NCBI GenBank assembly: GCA_964450975.1 | Contig: CAYVFO010000001.1 | Span: 1 to 59,940, forward strand | Source of the DNA: an uncultured Elusimicrobia bacterium | Lineage (GTDB): Bacteria > Elusimicrobiota > Elusimicrobia > UBA1565 > UBA9628 | Reading direction: 5' to 3' | DNA: 59,940 bases | Shown: positions 54,885 through 59,940 of the stretch, in pieces | How positions within the stretch are numbered: the stretch's first letter is position 1 | Layout of the letters: every line of letters begins with the position of its first letter | Notes under the pieces: generated by a model | What the model saw: only the letters and a program-made list of their open reading frames with translations | What the model was told of the DNA's origin: nothing | Database searches by the model: none | Program-made: the position numbers and the translations under genes

Positions 54885-56256
54885 GGCTTCCTCCGACGAC
54901 GAGCTTCGGCATCCGGATCGTGGGCTGGCCGTCGCTGACCGCGACGCTCTGCCCGTCCTTGCCGCACGTTCCGATGCCCCAGCCGATGTCCCAGCCGACG
55001 CGATCGATCGACTTCAGCGCCTCGGGCCCGACGCCGAGCAGGTTGGCGTCGCGCACCAGGTGCCGGATCTTTCCGTCTTCCACGTAGAAGCCTTCGTCCA
55101 CCTCGAAGACGAACTCGCCGCTCGCGGTGTCCACCTGGCCGCCGCCCATGCGCGTGACGAGCAGGCCCTTCTTGAGCTCGCGCACGATCTTCGCGGGGTC
55201 GTCCTTGCCCGGCGCGATGTAGAGGTTCGACATGCGCGGCAGCGGGCGCGACGAGAACGACTCGCGGCGGCCGTGGCCGTTCGAGGGCCGGCCCTCGCGC
55301 AGCGACGTCGCGCGGTCGTAGAGGAAATCCTTGAGCACGCCCTTCTCGACGAGCGCGGTCGCGCGCGCGGGCGTCCCCTCGTCGTCCCAGACGAAGGAGC
55401 CGCGCTGACGCGGGAGCGTCGGGTCGTCGACGACGGTGATCGTCTCGGGCGCGACCACTTTGCCGACGCGGCCCTTGTACGCCGGCGACGTGCCCTCCTG
55501 CACCGCGTCGCTCTCGAGCGAGTGGCCGATCGCCTCGTGGATGAACGTGCCGCCCGCGGACGCCGCGAGCACGACGGCCATCTCGCCGGCCTTCGCCTTC
55601 GGCGCGTCGAGCTTCGCGGCCGCGCGCGAGGCGGCGAGGATCGCGGCGCGCTCGCCGGCGGCGCCGTCGAAGAGCTCGAAGCCGCGCTGCGCGCCGAGCG
55701 TCTCGATGCCGGTCTGCAATACTCCCGCGCGCTCCGCGACGACCGAGACCGAGAGCACCGTCGTCACGCGCGTCTGCAGGACGTCGGCGCCGTCGGTGTT
55801 GAGCACTCGGTACGTGCGGCGGCGGTCGGTGTAGCTCGCGGTCACCTGCCGCACGAGGGGGGACGCCGCGCGCGCCGCTTTGTCCACCGCGCGCAGGAGC
55901 GCGAGCTTCGCGTCGAGCGCCGTGTCGGCCGGGTCGAGCCGGGCCGCGAGCGCGGCGCGCTCGGGCGAGGCGAACTCCGGGGCGCGGCCCGCCTTGCCGG
56001 GCGAGAGCCGCTCGCGCAGGCGCGCGGCGGCCTCGGGCGAGACGTCCTGCGCCGAGCCGAACACCGTCTCGACTCTGTCGCCGCTCTTCTTGAGCAGGCG
56101 CAGGCCGAGGCCGGTCTCCGCGCCGGCGGTCAGGTCGCGCACCGCGCCGTTCTCGAGGCGCGCGGTCGTCCAGCGGGTGTCCTCGAGGAAGGCTTCGCCA
56201 TAGGCGCCGCCCATCAGGGCGGCGCCGTACTGGGCGGCTTCGCCGCCCAGCCTCAT
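54877..56256 (-). CDS. tldD: TldD-family zinc metalloprotease
   Basis: 459 aa. HEAIGH zinc motif, GHGRRESF, and C-terminal GTCGKDGQ blocks. Confidence 0.9.
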   Translation of the reverse strand: MRLGGEAAQYGAALMGGAYGEAFLEDTRWTTARLENGAVRDLTAGAETGLGLRLLKKSGDRVETVFGSAQDVSPEAAARLRERLSPGKAGRAPEFASPERAALAARLDPADTALDAKLALLRAVDKAARAASPLVRQVTASYTDRRRTYRVLNTDGADVLQTRVTTVLSVSVVAERAGVLQTGIETLGAQRGFELFDGAAGERAAILAASRAAAKLDAPKAKAGEMAVVLAASAGGTFIHEAIGHSLESDAVQEGTSPAYKGRVGKVVAPETITVVDDPTLPRQRGSFVWDDEGTPARATALVEKGVLKDFLYDRATSLREGRPSNGHGRRESFSSRPLPRMSNLYIAPGKDDPAKIVRELKKGLLVTRMGGGQVDTASGEFVFEVDEGFYVEDGKIRHLVRDANLLGVGPEALKSIDRVGWDIGWGIGTCGKDGQSVAVSDGQPTIRMPKLVVGGSHD

Positions 56257-57797
56257 ACGCCCCTCTTGCGCGGCAAGGTCATGGTCACCGTCGAGCCCGA
56301 GCCGAGCTTCGACTGCAACTTCGCGGCGCCGCCGTGCAGCTCGGCCACCTTACGCACGAACGCGAGGCCGAGGCCCATGCCGTCCTGCTGGCCCGTGAAG
56401 TCCTTCTCGACCTGCGTAAACCTGGCGAACACGCGGTCGAGCTCCTCGGGCGGGATGCCGGGCCCGGTGTCGGCGATCGAGATCGCGGCCCAGTCGCCCT
56501 CGGCGGTCGCGCGGATCGCCACGGGCGGGCCCTGCTTCGGGTTGAACTTGACCGCGTTGTCGACGAGGTTCTTGAGCGCCTCGACGATCAGGCGCTTGTC
56601 GCACATGACGACGAGCCCCGACGGCGCGGCGTCCACCTTCGCGTTGACGGCGTCGAGCTTCTCCTTCATCGAGCCGAGCGCCTCGGAGACGAGCTCGTCC
56701 AGGGGCGCGGGCTCCGGACGGATCTGCGTGTCCGGGCTCTCGATCGTCGTGTAGGACAGGAGCTTGTCGACGAGCTCGGAGACCTTGAGGCCCTGCTCGC
56801 GGATCGTGCGGATCGCCTTGGCCATCATCGGGTCGGAGTCGGAGTCGAGGTCGCCGACGAGGATCTCGGCGAAGCCGGTCACCGCCGCGAGCGGCGTGCG
56901 CAGCTTGTGCGAGATCAGCGAGAGGAACGTGCGCTTGAGCTTCTCCTGGCGCCAGTTCTCCGTGCGGTCGCGGAACACGAACAGCCGGCCCTCGAGCCCC
57001 TGCAGCGGCGCGCGCGTGACGCGGCCCTCGAGCACGAGCAACGTCGGCTCCTTGCGGACGGCCGCGAAGTCGGCGGCGGCCTTCTCGCACGCGAGCAGGT
57101 CGGGCAAGGACGGGGTGACGGCCATGCCCCTGAGACCCGCCCCGACCTCGCCGAGTTCTGCCAGCGCGGGCCCGAGCAGCTTGCCCGACGCTTCGTTGGC
57201 GAGCAGGATCTTCCCGGAGGGGTCGGTCAGCACCGCGCCGTCGGTCATCTGCGCGAACACAGTCGCGAGCTTGAAGCGCTCTTCCTTCAGCGAGGCGAAG
57301 AGCTGGGCGTTGTCGATGGCGACCGCGGCCTGCGAGGCGAACGCCTCGAAGACGCGCTGGTCGTGCTCGGAGAAGCCGCCGCCGCGCTTGTTGATCGCCT
57401 CGAGCACGCCGATGAGGCGCCCCTTGAGCATCATCGGGACCGCGAGGATCGAGCGGGTGACGAAGCCCGACGCCGCGTCCATCGCCGGCGACCAGCGCGG
57501 GTCCTGGCGGACCTCGTTGATGACCTCCGCCTTGCGGCTCTGCGCGACCGCGCCCGCGATGCCCACGCCGAGCTTGAGGCGCACCTTCGCCGCGTCCTCG
57601 CCCAGGCCGAGCGCCGTGTGGAAGTAGAGCTCCTGCGTCTTGTCGTCGAGAAGGAGCAAGGACGCGCTCTCCGCCTCCACGACCTTCGTCGAGAGCTGGA
57701 GCACCGAGGTCAGCAGCTCCCCGATCTCGAGCTTCGACGACAGGAGGCGTCCGACCTCGAGCAGCAGCTCGAGCTCTTGTTCTTTGCTCGCGGCCAT
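56253..57797 (-). CDS. cytoplasmic GAF-PAS sensor histidine kinase
   Basis: 514 aa with no TM helix. GAF domain (ESASLLLLDD...AVPMMLKGRLIGVLEA), H-box SHKLRTPL, N-box NLVDNAVKF, G-boxes DTGPGI and GMGLGL. Confidence 0.9.
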   Translation of the reverse strand: MAASKEQELELLLEVGRLLSSKLEIGELLTSVLQLSTKVVEAESASLLLLDDKTQELYFHTALGLGEDAAKVRLKLGVGIAGAVAQSRKAEVINEVRQDPRWSPAMDAASGFVTRSILAVPMMLKGRLIGVLEAINKRGGGFSEHDQRVFEAFASQAAVAIDNAQLFASLKEERFKLATVFAQMTDGAVLTDPSGKILLANEASGKLLGPALAELGEVGAGLRGMAVTPSLPDLLACEKAAADFAAVRKEPTLLVLEGRVTRAPLQGLEGRLFVFRDRTENWRQEKLKRTFLSLISHKLRTPLAAVTGFAEILVGDLDSDSDPMMAKAIRTIREQGLKVSELVDKLLSYTTIESPDTQIRPEPAPLDELVSEALGSMKEKLDAVNAKVDAAPSGLVVMCDKRLIVEALKNLVDNAVKFNPKQGPPVAIRATAEGDWAAISIADTGPGIPPEELDRVFARFTQVEKDFTGQQDGMGLGLAFVRKVAELHGGAAKLQSKLGSGSTVTMTLPRKRGV

Positions 57798-57914
57798 TCT
57801 AGAAACCTACCAAATACGGGCTCCGCGGGGGCTCGGCGCGCCCTCGGGCGACGGCATCCCGAGTATAAGAGGAAGGCCCGGGCTCCGCAAGTCGCGGATG
57901 TTACAGCTTTTTCC

Positions 57915-58109
57915 TTAAGAATCAGGCCGTTGACTGACTCCAGCGTCAGTCAATTTCGTCCCGGGTTTGTCCCTCAGCCGCGCCAAGTGCCGCGCGAGCA
58001 GCACCCGCTGCGCCTCGTCGCGCGCCTCCTCCGCCGCGTCCTCGCGCTCGATCCGCTCGATGCGCGCCAAGAGCCGTCTCGTCTCCCGCTCCGTCGCTTC
58101 GTTCCTCAT
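57915..58109 (-). CDS. small (64 aa) charged coiled-coil protein, unknown function
   Basis: Strong SD (GGAGGT) 7 nt upstream of the ATG and high GC3 over the first ~50 codons. The 3' end contains the palindrome at 57930-57953. Confidence 0.4.
   Translation of the reverse strand: MRNEATERETRRLLARIERIEREDAAEEARDEAQRVLLARHLARLRDKPGTKLTDAGVSQRPDS
57930..57953. promoter_or_regulatory. perfect 9-bp inverted repeat TTGACTGAC-N6-GTCAGTCAA (operator or hairpin)
   Basis: Read directly from the sequence. It lies in the ~400-bp divergent region between the histidine-kinase operon and the HEAT-repeat gene. Confidence 0.45.
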
Positions 58110-58159
58110 GATCCCACCTCCGTACTACCAGACGATCGAGACCCGTAATAAGTTCCATA

Positions 58160-58188
58160 TGGACGATCCGGCCCAAAGGGGCTATGCT
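58160..58188 (+). promoter_or_regulatory. promoter TGGACG-N17-TATGCT, 7 nt upstream of the ATG at 58196 (leaderless candidate)
   Basis: The plus strand reads TGGACGATCCGGCCCAAAGGGGCTATGCTGTGCCCGATG. Confidence 0.4.
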
Positions 58189-58195
58189 GTGCCCG

Positions 58196-59236
58196 ATGCG
58201 CCTGGCCCTCGCTCTCGTCCTTCTCGTCTCGCCCGCCTTCGCGCGCCGCGCCAACGTCAAGGAGCTCGCCGCGACGTTCGCGGCGGCCAAGACCGAGGAG
58301 CGGATCAAGCTCGCCGCCACGCTCGGCCGCGCGCGCACCGCCAAGGCGACCGACGCGCTCATCCAGAACTTCGACATCAAGCGCGGCAACCCGCGCGAGT
58401 CGGCCGCGATCATCGACGCGCTCGGCATCTCGGGCGACGATCGCGCCGTCGAGCACCTGGCCGGCGCGTGGGACTACCTGCGTTCGATGATCCTGCAGAT
58501 GGGCGAGCTGCCCGGCCACCTGCAGACTCTGCGCTGGAAGATCCTCGAGGCCCTCGCGCGCGTCGGCGGCAAGCAGGCCGTCTCGATTCTCTCGGAGGCC
58601 GTCAACGACTCCGACCCGCGCGTCGTCGAGGAAGCGGTGCGCGGCCTGGGCCGCCTCGGCGTGCGCGACGCGGTCCCCGCGCTCCAGCAGCTCGCGGGCT
58701 CGGCGTCGGGCAACCTCCTGCAGGCCGTCCTCGAGGCGCTCGGCGACATCGGCGACAAGCGCGCGCTCTCGACGCTCGAGCAGGCCAAGAAGAACCCCGA
58801 CCCCTACATCGAGCTGCAGGCCGCCTACGCGCTCGCCAAGCTCGGCCAGAAGGACGGCGTCGCCTCGCTCGAGTCCGCGCTCAAGAACGATCCCGGCGCC
58901 GAGAAGGTCGGCCTCATGGCCGCCTACTATCTCGTGAAGCTCGACAAGGACCGCGGCTTCGAGCATCTCGAGGCCATGATGAAGCGCGCCGACTCGCCTC
59001 TCGCCCCGCTCGCCGCCGAGACCATCGGCAAGACCGAGAACCAGCGCGGCGTGCTGGTGCTCCTCGAGGCGTACAAGGCGCCCGACGCCGCCGTCCGCCT
59101 CTCCGTCGCCCGCTCGCTCGGCCGCCTCGGCGGCCCCAAAGCCGTCACCGCGCTCAAGAAGCTGCGCGGCGATCCCGCCCCCGCCGTCCGCGCCGCGACG
59201 CTCTCGGCGCTTGCCGAGCTCGGCGAACTAGAGTAG
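58196..59236 (+). CDS. secreted HEAT-repeat (PBS-lyase HEAT-like) protein
   Basis: The track ORF starts at 58184, but the ATG at 58196 gives signal peptide MRLALALVLLVSPAFA. Repeated ..D..VR..A..ALG.LG...AV..L units. Confidence 0.75.
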   Translation: MRLALALVLLVSPAFARRANVKELAATFAAAKTEERIKLAATLGRARTAKATDALIQNFDIKRGNPRESAAIIDALGISGDDRAVEHLAGAWDYLRSMILQMGELPGHLQTLRWKILEALARVGGKQAVSILSEAVNDSDPRVVEEAVRGLGRLGVRDAVPALQQLAGSASGNLLQAVLEALGDIGDKRALSTLEQAKKNPDPYIELQAAYALAKLGQKDGVASLESALKNDPGAEKVGLMAAYYLVKLDKDRGFEHLEAMMKRADSPLAPLAAETIGKTENQRGVLVLLEAYKAPDAAVRLSVARSLGRLGGPKAVTALKKLRGDPAPAVRAATLSALAELGELE

Positions 59237-59308
59237 TCGAAAACGTCACGCGTTCGCGATGGCCGATTCCGGCTCCCCGGGTTATTCTACGCCCGTAAGG
59301 GGGTGACC

Positions 59309-59824
59309 ATGAACTACCGCCACAAAAGCGGGCCGGAGGAAGGGCAGCTCCGCGTCGAGACCTTGCGCGAGAGAACGCGCCGCCAGACGCGGGACCGCAT
59401 CAAGAAGCACGCGGCCGAGCGCGAGGCGCTGGATGGCCGCACCCGCGACTTCCTGGGCCGCTCCTGGTCCCTCGAGCGCGGCGTCGAGGCCGACGCCGCC
59501 ATAGCGATCGGCGCGTCGCTTCTGATGGGCAAGCTCGTCCACCGCGCCTTCTTCGCCGTCGCGGGAGTCTTCTCCGCCTTGCTCCTCAATTTCGCCGCGA
59601 CCGGCCGCTGGCCGTTCATGTTCTTTCTCGCCGCCGGCCTCAAGCCCACGCGCGGGTACGATCATGAGGAGGGGGACACATCCTCCCCCGCCGGGGGGCC
59701 CGACCACGTCCGCACCGAGGCCGACCGCGACGTCGGCGTCGGCGAGAGCTGGATGCACCAGGATCCCGTCGACCCGCCGCTGACGCCCGAGGAGGAAGTC
59801 CGCCGCCCCGCCGACGCCGTCTAA
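59309..59824 (+). CDS. small membrane protein, unknown function
   Basis: The ATG at 59309 is preceded by an AAGGGGG SD with a 6-nt spacer. High GC3 and two TM helices. The overlapping minus-strand ORF 59282-59932 was judged spurious. Confidence 0.5.
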   Translation: MNYRHKSGPEEGQLRVETLRERTRRQTRDRIKKHAAEREALDGRTRDFLGRSWSLERGVEADAAIAIGASLLMGKLVHRAFFAVAGVFSALLLNFAATGRWPFMFFLAAGLKPTRGYDHEEGDTSSPAGGPDHVRTEADRDVGVGESWMHQDPVDPPLTPEEEVRRPADAV

Positions 59825-59841
59825 ACGTCGAATCATCTTGA

Positions 59842-59876
59842 CGCCCCGTCCATGGAAGAAACCCATGGGCGGGGCG
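59842..59876 (+). terminator. rho-independent terminator-like hairpin
   Basis: CGCCCCGTCCATGG-AAGAAAC-CCATGGGCGGGGCG (14-bp stem with one G-U pair), followed by ATCCTTTGTGT. Confidence 0.55.
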
Positions 59877-59940
59877 ATCCTTTGTGTATGAAACCCGAGA
59901 AAAAGAAGCCGAGAGGCGAGCAGGGCGATCAAGGCGAGTC

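Noticed and set aside
57796-57801. A TAGAAT hexamer at the histidine-kinase start.
   Set aside because: The hexamer overlaps the ATG itself (tcTAGAATGgcc), so it cannot act as a -10 box for a leaderless transcript of this gene. It was not counted in the leaderless pattern.
59282-59932. A 216-aa minus-strand ORF at the window end.
   Set aside because: It overlaps the plus-strand ORF 59309-59824, which has a good SD (AAGGGGG), high GC3, TM helices and a downstream terminator hairpin. The minus-strand product has no features.
59888-59940. An ATG-initiated open frame (MKPEKKKPRGEQGDQGE...) running off the window end.
   Set aside because: Only 17 codons are visible, with no RBS or promoter evidence. 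That is too short to call.

Overview
High-GC (~70%) chromosomal DNA from a diderm bacterium. It is densely packed with long co-directional gene arrays, and I count at least 22 start/stop overlaps of the ATGA/GTGA type. All calls come from reading the six-frame translations and the raw sequence by eye; no database search was run, so family names are motif-level recognitions.

Gene content, in order:
- 1-1938 (-): an operon of a HAD hydrolase, a nucleotidyltransferase and an ATP-grasp-like enzyme.
- 2166-19204 (+): a gap-free 15-gene array. It starts with the type IV pilus assembly genes pilMNOPQ and runs directly into glycoconjugate genes: a Wzy_C/O-antigen-ligase-like protein with a TPR tail, two tandem YfhO-like paralogs, a flippase-like protein, a Trm112-type methyltransferase, a GT4, a Wzx flippase, AsnB, and a small membrane protein with an HExxH motif.
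- 19205-19450: a ~240-bp structured inverted-repeat element. A second copy lies at 45558-45796.
- 19451-21196 (-): MarC and a GT4.
- 21235-30783 (+): a second glycosylation operon. It holds a ColD-like PLP/PMP enzyme with His in place of the catalytic Lys, three GT2 enzymes, an Fcl/ColC-like SDR, a PMT/ArnT-like GT-C enzyme, and an 860-aa Wzy_C-TPR protein.
- 31074-34403 (-): small housekeeping genes (GT2, gpx, a Mo-oxidoreductase, gmhB, a secreted protein).
- 34600-45512 (-): a 12-gene array running from a response regulator to a polysaccharide deacetylase, including pfk, a TolC-like protein, a patatin, dapF, dapA and a POT transporter.
- 45795-49334 (-): dnaE.
- 49405-51995 (+): a translationally coupled Nudix / cNMP-binding patatin pair.
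- 52061-57797 (-): a five-gene operon of a GAF histidine kinase, TldD, a PrcB-like protein and two secreted proteins of unknown function.
- 58196-59824 (+): a HEAT-repeat protein and a small membrane protein.

Most noteworthy:
1. The type IV pilus platform/secretin genes are physically fused to a large machinery that appears to use polyprenyl-phosphate sugar donors and GT-C-type transferases.
2. The two-copy palindromic intergenic element.
3. A recurrent pattern of -10-like hexamers (TAGAAT, TACAAT, TATAAT) lying 6-9 nt upstream of operon-first start codons, which suggests widespread leaderless transcription.
4. The operon coupling TldD and a PrcB-like protein to secreted proteins, with no PmbA partner in the window.

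No tRNA, rRNA, CRISPR array, transposase or integrase was seen. Many long ORFs in the track are antisense or off-frame artefacts of the high GC content.
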